A program made the translations under genes and the position numbers. This document shows, one piece after another, positions 48,248 to 58,200 of a stretch of 64,000 bases of DNA; the stretch's first letter is position 1, and each line of letters begins with the position of its first letter. The notes beneath the pieces were generated by a model that made no database searches, was not told the origin of the DNA, and saw nothing but the letters and a program-made list of their open reading frames with translations. Origin of the DNA: a virus (Duplodnaviria; Caudoviricetes); IMG/VR virus record IMGVR_UViG_3300007754_000852. The stretch is one strand, 5' to 3'.

Positions 48248-51094
48248 TTAAAAATCTTCCCTTATCTTAAAGAGCATCTCATCTGAGCGTCGCTTTTTAA
48301 CAGGCTGTGCCAGCTTTACCTTCATTATAACATTTAAATTATCATCGTGAAAGTTTATTCCGTCGATATATACAAACTTTGGATCATGATCATTTGCATC
48401 AAATGACGCTGACACAACCTGATACTGCGGGTTTGATGATGAATTATGAAGACCTACGTCACACGGTACATTTATCGTTAATATGTGAGAGCTTTGCTCT
48501 CCCTTAAAACTAACCTTATACTGATCTTTTCCAAAGAACGGAATGTTTGGAGATTTTATAAGAACTATCCCTTCATCATAGAAAATATTTCCTACGCTGG
48601 CCCACTTAGGGTGCGGCGTCAGGGAATCAGACCTGTAAATGCTTCCTTTTCCATTGTCACTTAATGTCATCTTGACGGCACCACTAGATCCGGTGACATC
48701 GTAGTCCTCTATCTTGAAGCTTCCAGGGAGTATTCTGTTTCCATAGTATAGATTTGATATGTCAAATATCACTATCTCATTAGAGCTAACGTCTCTAGTT
48801 CTCTGTGCAACAGCAAGGCTTGCTATTTCAGGCGCTCCTGATGCCTTTTCAGGTGTTGCACCGAGCAAAGTTTTTGCAAATGCATTACTGGGCACTGCCA
48901 TGCCGTCATACCACAATCTTGGATTTCCACCAGACGCTATCAGTTTATCTATGTTAATTACGCTTAGATTAAGATCTCCAAGATCACCTTTAAACCGTGA
49001 CATAGGCCCGCTAATAAGAGACTCAGGCAGCGTGCCACTTCTAAGGATCTCATAATCAGGAAAGAATAGACCGTTATCACACGGTAAGACAGTTAGATTT
49101 CTCTTTCTAGCTGATCCGCGGAGAACGTCTTCCCACTTTGAATTAGAAACAGCTAGAGATCCTGTTGAGCTTGCATAAAAATACTCATTAAATGACCACT
49201 CTGTATTATCGCTGTGCGATCTGGCAACGCCGACATCGCTTCCTACGTTGTTTGTGGTTGTCGGGCCTGTTGAACCGGTTAACCTGTATAGGCGTGGGTG
49301 ATTGTTTGTGATGAAATCTCTAACAAAGTTTTCAAGGTTTAAGACATGACCGCCGACTGCAAGAGACGCTGTGACGTTAAATGGAGTATTTGTCTGTGCA
49401 GTTTTATCAAAAAACGGTGTCTTAAGTATTTTTCTCGGACGACTTTCCTTAACAAAGTATGGTGGAAGATAAAACAGCATGCTTCCTGTTGACGTCTGCC
49501 CGATAATAGATGCGCTGTGAACGATGTTATCATCAACATACTCTGTAAATATCTTTACGTCATGGATCTCAGCATTTAACGGATGGTTTAGCTCGAATCC
49601 TGAATCGCCTTTTGATCCTGTTGGGTCTCCTTTGAAGCCCAGGTCAACAACTCCCTCATTTGACGCCGCCGTCGAATTAAAAAATTTAGCTGAATTTGCC
49701 CCTGCCTCATTGTCATTTTGATCAATTACATCTGATCCGCTATAATAGTTTCCAATAAATAAGGCACCAGCTGTTTTAAATGCTGTCGAACCAGCGCCAG
49801 GCTGTATTGATGATGAGTTTATTGTAAATGGATATGATGCATCATCAACCCTTATGCTTCCCTCACCATTATTAAATAAATTCGTTCCCCATCTAATCGA
49901 TATATGATGCCAGTGATTTCTCTGCAGTGAGTTATCTGGTGTGATAAACATCAGTCCAGACTCACTAGACTGTGGTGCAGCCATCGCTACCTGATTTTTA
50001 TATTTTGAATTTGATGATGATACCTCAACGGGAATCTGTGACGGCTCCCAGTGTTCACAGCTTTCTGCCAACTGAAGCAGTATCCTGTATCCTTTTGTCA
50101 GACCATTTTCATCACGCTCTGACCCTGACACAAGAGATATAGCATAGTTGTTTGGAAGATGCATGATGGTTCCAGGCTTGAAATCCTGATCTGATGCACC
50201 ATTATGATATCTTGGATTTATATAGAAGTCAAATGTAAATGAACCACTAAGTGTATATGGAGGAATTGTACTAAAAATCGGTACAGCGCTAGAAAATACT
50301 GCCCACCTGTACGGAACCATATTATCTGGGTTGTCTGATCCACCTCTTGGATCTAGCTGCTTTCTAAGATACCCTGATCTATACGGTCCAAAGGTATGGG
50401 CAAATCCTGGGCTGAGAGATGTCACGGTGCTATACCCTCTCAACGCACCTGAATTTGGATATATCAGTGCAGAATCACTAGGAACATTTGATGCTGTAAA
50501 AAAGTTTAATGAGTGATAGTTTGTATATGAGTACTCACAGGAATCATACTTTGAACGATAAAATGGCATCAGTGAATTCTTGATCGTAGACTTGATCATT
50601 GATCCTGTAGACATCGCGGACTGCTCATATGCGTAAGCCATGTCAGAATTAGCATTTCTAACCTCATAATAGAAATCATTTTCACCATATCTTCTTATAG
50701 GGATCATCTTTCTATTTCTAGGGAGAACATTACCGCTATGAACGTATGACATATATTCATCAATAACAGACGAAATATTGACGCTCTGTTGCTGTCTGGT
50801 CGCACTTAAAACCTGCCTTGACGCTCCGACAAGGTCATCCTCTGCTGCAAATCCTCCTAGACCCTGTGAGCTAAACGCGTTTTTGTTTTCTGCAGATATA
50901 GAAAAATCCTTGACATCCTTGATAAATGGACTAGGTCTAGCAGACACGCTAACAGACCCAGACATCTGACTGGGCACTGTGTGTGCATTATTTGAGCGAT
51001 CACTTGCCTTTGACGACGAAACAAAAGTAACATCTGGATGTAAGGTTAAAGACGTATTCTCAAAGAATTCTGATAGTATCTTTATAAGAGACAC
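48248..51094 (-). CDS. Large putative virion (baseplate/fibre) protein with possible LamG-like domain (948 aa)
   Basis: FTFDFYINP...WHHISIRWG resembles LamG/ConA; C-term IDGINFHDDNLNVIMKVKLAQPVKK shared with neighbour. Confidence 0.5.
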   Translation of the reverse strand: MSLIKILSEFFENTSLTLHPDVTFVSSSKASDRSNNAHTVPSQMSGSVSVSARPSPFIKDVKDFSISAENKNAFSSQGLGGFAAEDDLVGASRQVLSATRQQQSVNISSVIDEYMSYVHSGNVLPRNRKMIPIRRYGENDFYYEVRNANSDMAYAYEQSAMSTGSMIKSTIKNSLMPFYRSKYDSCEYSYTNYHSLNFFTASNVPSDSALIYPNSGALRGYSTVTSLSPGFAHTFGPYRSGYLRKQLDPRGGSDNPDNMVPYRWAVFSSAVPIFSTIPPYTLSGSFTFDFYINPRYHNGASDQDFKPGTIMHLPNNYAISLVSGSERDENGLTKGYRILLQLAESCEHWEPSQIPVEVSSSNSKYKNQVAMAAPQSSESGLMFITPDNSLQRNHWHHISIRWGTNLFNNGEGSIRVDDASYPFTINSSSIQPGAGSTAFKTAGALFIGNYYSGSDVIDQNDNEAGANSAKFFNSTAASNEGVVDLGFKGDPTGSKGDSGFELNHPLNAEIHDVKIFTEYVDDNIVHSASIIGQTSTGSMLFYLPPYFVKESRPRKILKTPFFDKTAQTNTPFNVTASLAVGGHVLNLENFVRDFITNNHPRLYRLTGSTGPTTTNNVGSDVGVARSHSDNTEWSFNEYFYASSTGSLAVSNSKWEDVLRGSARKRNLTVLPCDNGLFFPDYEILRSGTLPESLISGPMSRFKGDLGDLNLSVINIDKLIASGGNPRLWYDGMAVPSNAFAKTLLGATPEKASGAPEIASLAVAQRTRDVSSNEIVIFDISNLYYGNRILPGSFKIEDYDVTGSSGAVKMTLSDNGKGSIYRSDSLTPHPKWASVGNIFYDEGIVLIKSPNIPFFGKDQYKVSFKGEQSSHILTINVPCDVGLHNSSSNPQYQVVSASFDANDHDPKFVYIDGINFHDDNLNVIMKVKLAQPVKKRRSDEMLFKIREDF

Positions 51095-51113
51095 ATGACC
51101 TCACAATTAGAAA

Positions 51114-52385
51114 TTAAAAATCAAGTCTAACTCTAATTGTCAGATCTTTCTCATTATTTTTCTCAATTGGTCGGCTAAGCTTAGCCACAGCTAGCAAGTT
51201 ATCATTGGCATCATACAGCCCAACAGATGTAAAGAATGAGAATGACTTCTGTGTGCTCTCCTGTCCTGCCTCGATCACCTGTATGTCATTGCTAGAGTCA
51301 ACATAGGTTGGATTTGCTGAGTAGTTGAACTCGTCAGCTGTAGCACGACAGAATATCAACGTAGAGTTAATGTTTGTAATATTTTGGAATGTTATTGCTG
51401 TCTGTGATCCTGAGCTGAATCTACAGCCACAGATATGATTGACAATATCATCAATCGATGCCGACACCACTAGATCTGGAATGAACTTGGCATCAGCATT
51501 TCCGCTTAGATCTGCTGTTCCTCCCTGTGTTCCTCCTCCGATAACCATCTTTCCTGTTCCGACAGATCCCGGATTATTCTCATTCATCGCTGAAATTGCA
51601 CCAGAGACATGCTGTCCGCCAGACAAGATCTTCTTCATGTCAAATATGGCTGTTCCTTGCTGATAAAACAGCACACCGACTGACTCTGCAGTATTAGCAG
51701 CATTAACAATATTTCCAGCTGATCCTCCAAATGTAGTCTCTTGATTTGATGCTGCCCCAATGTCTGCAAATATCTTTGATCCGCTTATCGTCGTTCTGTT
51801 GAGATTCGTATACGCCGGTCCTGCAACAGATCCATTTCTAGCTGTTGTATCCTCGGTATCAATGCAAGCAGTTGCAAAGAATCTCATAGCAAAGCTCTCA
51901 CGCTTTATCTGATCTCTTGTAAACAGACGCTTAAAGTTAATAAACATCGCCTCATCTATTCCGTCTTCAGATCCAGCGTTGCTAATTGGTGCTGTAAATC
52001 GTGCGCTTGCATCACCAAGAAGAAGCTTTGCATGCTGCCTGTAGATGTCAACTTTCTCTCTCATCATCACTGACTGAGATGGGAATAGCAGCTTTCCTGC
52101 TGAATCCTGCCCTGTCGCAGATCCTGTAACTGTTGCACTGCCGCTATAGAGGCCCATCGTTATATCAAATACCGGATTTGATGTTTGTAATGTGAAATCT
52201 TGATCATGCACTGTTTGGAATAGTGACGACGTTACACCTGGACCTATTCCGCCTGTAACAAATACCTGATATTTTTTTCTTGTTGTAGACCCAGATATAT
52301 CTTCCTGGATCACATCAACAAGTTGATTTAGAAATGATCTACTTGTCTTAATGTCTGATGCTGCTATTTGTTTAAATGTAGCCAC
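51114..52385 (-). CDS. Putative virion (baseplate/fibre-attachment) protein (423 aa)
   Basis: C-term FTSVGLYDANDNLLAVAKLSRPIEK...IRVRLDF; G/S/T-rich; GTG start with GGAG. Confidence 0.55.
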   Translation of the reverse strand: MATFKQIAASDIKTSRSFLNQLVDVIQEDISGSTTRKKYQVFVTGGIGPGVTSSLFQTVHDQDFTLQTSNPVFDITMGLYSGSATVTGSATGQDSAGKLLFPSQSVMMREKVDIYRQHAKLLLGDASARFTAPISNAGSEDGIDEAMFINFKRLFTRDQIKRESFAMRFFATACIDTEDTTARNGSVAGPAYTNLNRTTISGSKIFADIGAASNQETTFGGSAGNIVNAANTAESVGVLFYQQGTAIFDMKKILSGGQHVSGAISAMNENNPGSVGTGKMVIGGGTQGGTADLSGNADAKFIPDLVVSASIDDIVNHICGCRFSSGSQTAITFQNITNINSTLIFCRATADEFNYSANPTYVDSSNDIQVIEAGQESTQKSFSFFTSVGLYDANDNLLAVAKLSRPIEKNNEKDLTIRVRLDF

Positions 52386-52400
52386 TTAAAGAACTCCAAC

Positions 52401-53102
52401 CTACGAAATCTGAACTTTGAAGCTTGTAAATGCACCTGAATTCATGCCAGATATCTCTACAACCTTTTCTACAACTGAGCCGCCTTTCTGCTTATATGTC
52501 GTGTGAACTGAATTTGACACAGATTTTGCCTGGACTGTCATGGTTAAGGCGCCTAAGTTTGATGTGTTTGTTATGGGATCAGCAGGTATAATGTATGTTG
52601 CAATGTTATCAGCGTTAACAGAGTCAGGACCTCCTACGCCGGGAATTGACAAAAATAGATTATCTATTGTCACCTTAAACGAAGCATCTGTTAGCTCTGG
52701 TGCCAAGACACCTCCACCTGACACAGCTTGCTCAACAGTCACCTTCTTTGATATGTCACCTGCAGTTGTTGACCTTGTGAGTGAAAGCGTGCTATCTGAC
52801 ACACCTGTGAGCGTTAAGTTAGGAAGCTTTGTCAAATTTGGATTGCTAATGCTTACCAGCCTGTACTTTTGTCCAAGATTTCCCCTAGTTAACGCTTCAA
52901 GAACTGGTGTGTTCTTTTCAATCTTTTCCTTGCCGACGGTTCTACCAAACTTTTTAATAATTGAATAGTCTATCTCATCATCCCCTAGTGCAAATTTAAC
53001 AATAGAAAATGATCCGTCATTTCTCGCTAGAAATTGACGACCGACATCTGTTAAAACAGCGTCGAGAATAATGTTGTTAGTCGAATGATCAAGATACCCG
53101 AT
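52401..53102 (-). CDS. Putative virion protein (233 aa); start extended to an ATC codon
   Basis: Frame open 89 codons upstream of the ORF-track TTG, encoding GYLDHSTNNIILDAVLTDVGRQFLA...KFALGDDEIDY; GAGGT SD 5 nt before ATC at 53102; in-frame TGA five codons further up. Confidence 0.7.
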   Translation of the reverse strand: MGYLDHSTNNIILDAVLTDVGRQFLARNDGSFSIVKFALGDDEIDYSIIKKFGRTVGKEKIEKNTPVLEALTRGNLGQKYRLVSISNPNLTKLPNLTLTGVSDSTLSLTRSTTAGDISKKVTVEQAVSGGGVLAPELTDASFKVTIDNLFLSIPGVGGPDSVNADNIATYIIPADPITNTSNLGALTMTVQAKSVSNSVHTTYKQKGGSVVEKVVEISGMNSGAFTSFKVQIS

Positions 53103-53197
53103 GATACACCTCTTTTTTCAACAGGCCGTGCCTGAACTTCTATCAATAATTATACAAATCTTAATTATTCACAGTAAATAGAATTATTTATCTATCT

Positions 53198-55192
53198 TCA
53201 GCTACCCTGACCTGAATTTCCTAACATTGCAAGCGTTGTAACGTTTGCTGAAGACTCTGCAACTGACTGCGGTTCTGTTCTAACATTACTTAGATATATG
53301 TCAACTGTTTTTGCACTTTGAAGATCTGTATTAAGAATCTGCAGCTTGTATGCAGGATAAGACGGTTCTGACTCATCAAGTCCACGAATTAAAGATAAAT
53401 CATTGCTCTTCGTATCCCAGCCTCCTGACTGCGTCTGTAACACCTCTCTCTTATATACCTTGAGAAATTCGGGATCAGAATATATTTTTATTCTACTGTG
53501 GCCTGAATCTTTCATTGTATCGACAAACACATCACCATCTAGATATAAATTTGGATAAGATTTAGGTGCACCAGATCGTGATATCATCTTGACATTTAGC
53601 TTATTTTTTAATTTATCAAATGACACCTCAAGCTGCATAGAATAATTTGATGATAGACCTCTTGCATCAATTGAAGCCAGCGTATAGACGTACTTTGAGC
53701 TTTTTGTAAAATATGCATCTCTAAATGACTTCTTAGGATGCTTCATTCTCTGTGATATCGATGCCGGTGCTCTCTCAAGAGGCTGTGTTATTGATGTCGA
53801 ATTGTCAAAATTATACTCTCTAATCAGGGTAAATGGGTGTCTTATATTTCCTCGTCTAAATATTTGAAATCTCTTAATGTCTCTCTGTGGGTTTATTGGA
53901 AACTCCCAGAATATTATCAGGCCCCCTTTCTTAAAATCATACTTAAATCTCACATCAACTGGTGGTGGCGGTGGCATGTCTTCCTTGCACATCACAGTTG
54001 TGCTTATTCCAGATGACGCTATTAGTGTGCTGGCCATAACAACCTGATCAGCTGTCGACGTAGATATTCTTCTTGCTTCAAATCTAGACAATGATATCGC
54101 ATGAACCTTATACAGATATTCTCCTCCATACATGACCTCAGTATCGATAACTGATGTAATATCTGCTGAATCAACAGGTATTGATCTCATTTTTGACAGG
54201 CTTCCGTCACCCTTTATCTCAAACTTTTGAATTAAAAATCCGATTAAAACAGACCCTTCGTTGGCATTTGTCCCTCCTTGAGCGGATGCATTGACTAGCT
54301 CCTGATCAATCGGAATAACAACAGGTTCATAATCTGTCTCTGACACCTGTGTGGGATTTGCACTATTAATTGTCGCATTTTGTACAAACTCAGCAGACTG
54401 TAGTATTCCACTTAGCTCATCTGCATATACGTTTATATTATCGATGATTGAACCGCTAACTATTGTTCCAAACACCAGATTGTTAGCATTGAAGTCAAGC
54501 TGAAGACTTCTAACATGTAAGAGAGGATCAGATACAACAGATTCCTTTATATCAGTCTTAGAATATGTTACACCTTTTGACTGTAGATTTCCAAGAACAG
54601 ATCGAACAGAAAAAGGATCAACAGACGTTACACTGTTTGGCATCTGAGCTGTCGGAGATGAAAAGCCTGAAAGCGCCGCTGACGAGCTAAGAGATGTATA
54701 AAATTTTCTATCAACACCTGTATCCATTAGATTTACACTGCTAAATGACGTATTTGATATCGCATCTTCGAACATTATATTACTAACATTCTCAGACACC
54801 TTGACATTCTCAAATATCGTATTCATCGCTGCAGATGACAGATTTCCTCCTTGTTCACTAGCAAGTGTGTTGAACGAGGGAGGAGAAAATGTGATCCTAA
54901 CAAATCGAGGAACCCTATCTGTGCCGGCCAAAAACTCTAGCTCATCTCTTGTTGTATCGTTAATTGATATGTTTATCTGTTTAGAGCTTTGATTTGTTTT
55001 TTCATCAGGCATAAAATAAACGTAATTAAACTCTGCATTTAGCTGTGACACCTCTGGTATGTCGATCTGTGTTACCGGCTTTGAAGGATATGACGAGGGA
55101 AGCGTGCTATTGCTAATTGAATCGACACCTTCAACACCATCTGTTGGAGTTATACCCTTGTAGGTATTGTTATAAAATTCCTGTGTTGTCAT
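53198..55192 (-). CDS. Hypothetical large protein, probably structural, possible FN3/Ig-like segment (664 aa)
   Basis: Long ORF in structural cluster; PPPPVDVRF...LIIFWEFP...YVYTLASIDARG resembles an FN3 fold. Confidence 0.55.
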   Translation of the reverse strand: MTTQEFYNNTYKGITPTDGVEGVDSISNSTLPSSYPSKPVTQIDIPEVSQLNAEFNYVYFMPDEKTNQSSKQINISINDTTRDELEFLAGTDRVPRFVRITFSPPSFNTLASEQGGNLSSAAMNTIFENVKVSENVSNIMFEDAISNTSFSSVNLMDTGVDRKFYTSLSSSAALSGFSSPTAQMPNSVTSVDPFSVRSVLGNLQSKGVTYSKTDIKESVVSDPLLHVRSLQLDFNANNLVFGTIVSGSIIDNINVYADELSGILQSAEFVQNATINSANPTQVSETDYEPVVIPIDQELVNASAQGGTNANEGSVLIGFLIQKFEIKGDGSLSKMRSIPVDSADITSVIDTEVMYGGEYLYKVHAISLSRFEARRISTSTADQVVMASTLIASSGISTTVMCKEDMPPPPPVDVRFKYDFKKGGLIIFWEFPINPQRDIKRFQIFRRGNIRHPFTLIREYNFDNSTSITQPLERAPASISQRMKHPKKSFRDAYFTKSSKYVYTLASIDARGLSSNYSMQLEVSFDKLKNKLNVKMISRSGAPKSYPNLYLDGDVFVDTMKDSGHSRIKIYSDPEFLKVYKREVLQTQSGGWDTKSNDLSLIRGLDESEPSYPAYKLQILNTDLQSAKTVDIYLSNVRTEPQSVAESSANVTTLAMLGNSGQGS

Positions 55193-55228
55193 ATCTTTTG
55201 TCCGTGATATTCTGTCTATATCGTTTAA

Positions 55229-58200
55229 TCACCTATGAAGGCTTAAAGGCTTTTGTGCAAGCTCTACTGTTACAAAGAAGTTATAATAGCTTGGATCATC
55301 AACACCCCACATCTCACTTGAATCACTTCCCGTATTTCCAAAATTAGAACTGCTACTTGTGTCACCTGATGTGTTAGATTGATTTGTGATAGGTCTTATT
55401 GCACCTTCGGCCATCATCACAGGTACACCTGTCGGCGTCTGGTCGTTAGCATCTCCAGACATAAACGAAGGGTTCTGTTCGTGAACAAGAAGGCAAAAAA
55501 CTCTATCAAATTTTTTAGCCTGGAGGACCCTATTTGCATATTTTTGCTTGCTAAAGGGTAAAGATCTTGCTATCTCACTTGACAATCTGCTAAATTCAAT
55601 TGCCTCCTCTGTCGTCTTTACCGTAAACTGACTAAGATTTTGAAGCGCACTCGTCATTGCCTTCTCGTATGTCTGTGATGTATTAGCAACAATGGCTTCC
55701 TTAGCAACTGATGTTCCAAGAGACACAGAGTCTGGTCCAGATCGTAATGTGCTAGCGGTATCATGTTGAAATACATCCTCATAGATGTCTATTCCCATCA
55801 CTGTCTTAAGATAAATTTTTAGATAGTGATCTGACAAGTGATTGTTTCTTATATGATCTTTAAGATTAGTTGATGTACCGTACTTACCTAAGTCAACAGG
55901 ATTGGGTGTCAATACCTTTGTTTCAACTTCGTCATGCTTGTTTAAGATGTGAAATGACCTGATATTTGCATCATTTAGCATGCTTGCTGTACCATAGGGT
56001 GAGGGATCACTAGGTGCGAGACTTATCATGTCATCCTGTCCTTCGATTCCCTCTACTATGTGATTAGCTGTGTCAAAATAATATACAAGAGGCCCTGGAT
56101 TCTCACTATCACTAACGAGATTTTGCCTGTGAACAACTATCTTAATAGTTGTCGCATCACCGTAGTACGAGTCACCTGTCTGACTTTCTGATGCATCCCT
56201 AAGATACTCTAATAATCCGGCCGGAAGACCTACAGTCATTATTCTTGGTCGTCCGCCAACTTGAATTGCATCTGGGCTGAAAACGTCTTGTGTCATCCAG
56301 GATAGCATGTTTAGAACCTGCTTAGAGTGAATCGTCTTGCCGGCAGGAAATGCGGGATACTCACGAGACGGACTAAGAAGAGAATGATATAGCGCTCCGC
56401 TTAAAGACAGCTGATCTCTTGTTAGGTTTTGACATAAAAACCTGCCGCTTTCAGTATTCAAATTAGTCAAAGTATTTGCGTAGGGACCACTGCTATGATT
56501 TAAGCTATTCTGAACTGATGTCGATGTCGTATTTAGCACGTCCTTTATTTTTTGCAGATAGTGAAGAATGTTAAATATATGCACATCCTCATTAAAAAGA
56601 TTTATCTTAATGTCAGACATATTAGAAAAAACTCTTAATGCATCAGATATCGCTTCTTGAACTTGATCATCTCTTAGACTAGCCATGTCTGAGCTGAAGC
56701 TTGTTGGCTCAACCCTTAGCTGTTCACCGTCTAGCCTGTTTCTTAAGCTATCTTTCAACTGACTACTGTAATCACCGGTTTTTCCTGCATCTGACCAGGC
56801 ATCCAGAGCCTCAGAAAATGCAATTGCATTCAAAAAATTATATCCAAATGACGCAGCTTGATATGTATATGCCTGATGTCCTTGGCCTCCGCCACCATCA
56901 TTACCTACACTTGCATTAACATCTGCGGTAGATGATGAAAAGTTTACAAACAAGCTATCACATAGCATCTCCATCATAACCTTCATTGCAACTGCCACTC
57001 TTCCGTAATATCCGACGCCAAGATCACCTGTAACTGTATTGAAGTTTTTTGAATCTGATTTTTGAGTTCCAGGGTCATCAGAACTTCCTAAATTAACATT
57101 AGCATCCTGTTCTGCCTCTATCTGAAATTTTCTTGCTGCCTCTAGTGGCATGTCCCAAATTTTAAACGACGATGTGCCCGTTCCGATCATTCCCTCAAGA
57201 CTACGCTGTCCAGAAGGAGCATCAGCATCTAAAACATAAAGGTTATCACGTTCACCTGGAGCAGCAAGTATTGAAACAAGACCTCTTGACAAATATGTTC
57301 TTCCGACCCTCTTTGCATCAGTCGTAGTCATTATCATCTTATTATCATAGTTTACTTCTCGATCACTGTAGTGCGACCAGATACTCTCTGCAAGATCCTG
57401 CTTTGCTTGATTATATTTGCTTACTAGTGTAGCGGGTCTATTGCTACTGCTATACTGCTGATACTCCTTTCTATACATTATCATTTTTAAAATTAACTGA
57501 AATAGGTAAGTGTTATCATTTGCAAGCATGAACATCCACAAGGAACCTATCTGGTATAGTTTAGACTCAGTCAATCCTTGCCCTCTATCTACTGTTAACT
57601 CACCCTTATCTTCAATAAAGTATTTCAACCTCTGGATGATCTTTTTAAAAAATGTTGTATTTGCAATGTGACCGGCAGTTATGACTGGAAGAATCATCTC
57701 TTGCAACGTGTCAATCTTATCTGATATATCATCAACATAGCCTGTAAATCTAGCAGGACTTAACCTTTCACCGTCATCTGATGTGAGCTGAGAATCAACA
57801 AACCAGTCTTTTCCACCCATAAATCTCTGAGACACGCCTGGCATAAGTGACTGACGATCGTGTGAGAGAAGCGGCATTTGTCTTGTAATTCCAGGCGGGT
57901 CAGGTGTCGCTACATCTACATTTGGTGATATAGCGGTAAAGATACTTGATGAGTTTCGGTCAGCGTTTAGGATCTGTGAGCTTTCGGGGCCGCCTATCGG
58001 ACCAAAGATCGTGTCAAAGACGTCAGACATCTTTTGAGCTGCCACTAGTGAAGAAACTCTTCCTGCACTACCTGGGCTAATTAGATGACCAAGCTGTGCA
58101 GACTTACTTCTAACAGTTCCGTGACTGAGCGCAAGTCTGAGATAGTAATCACGGGTTGCATAGTGGAGATTTGCTGAGGCCTTGTTTATCCATGTCACTG

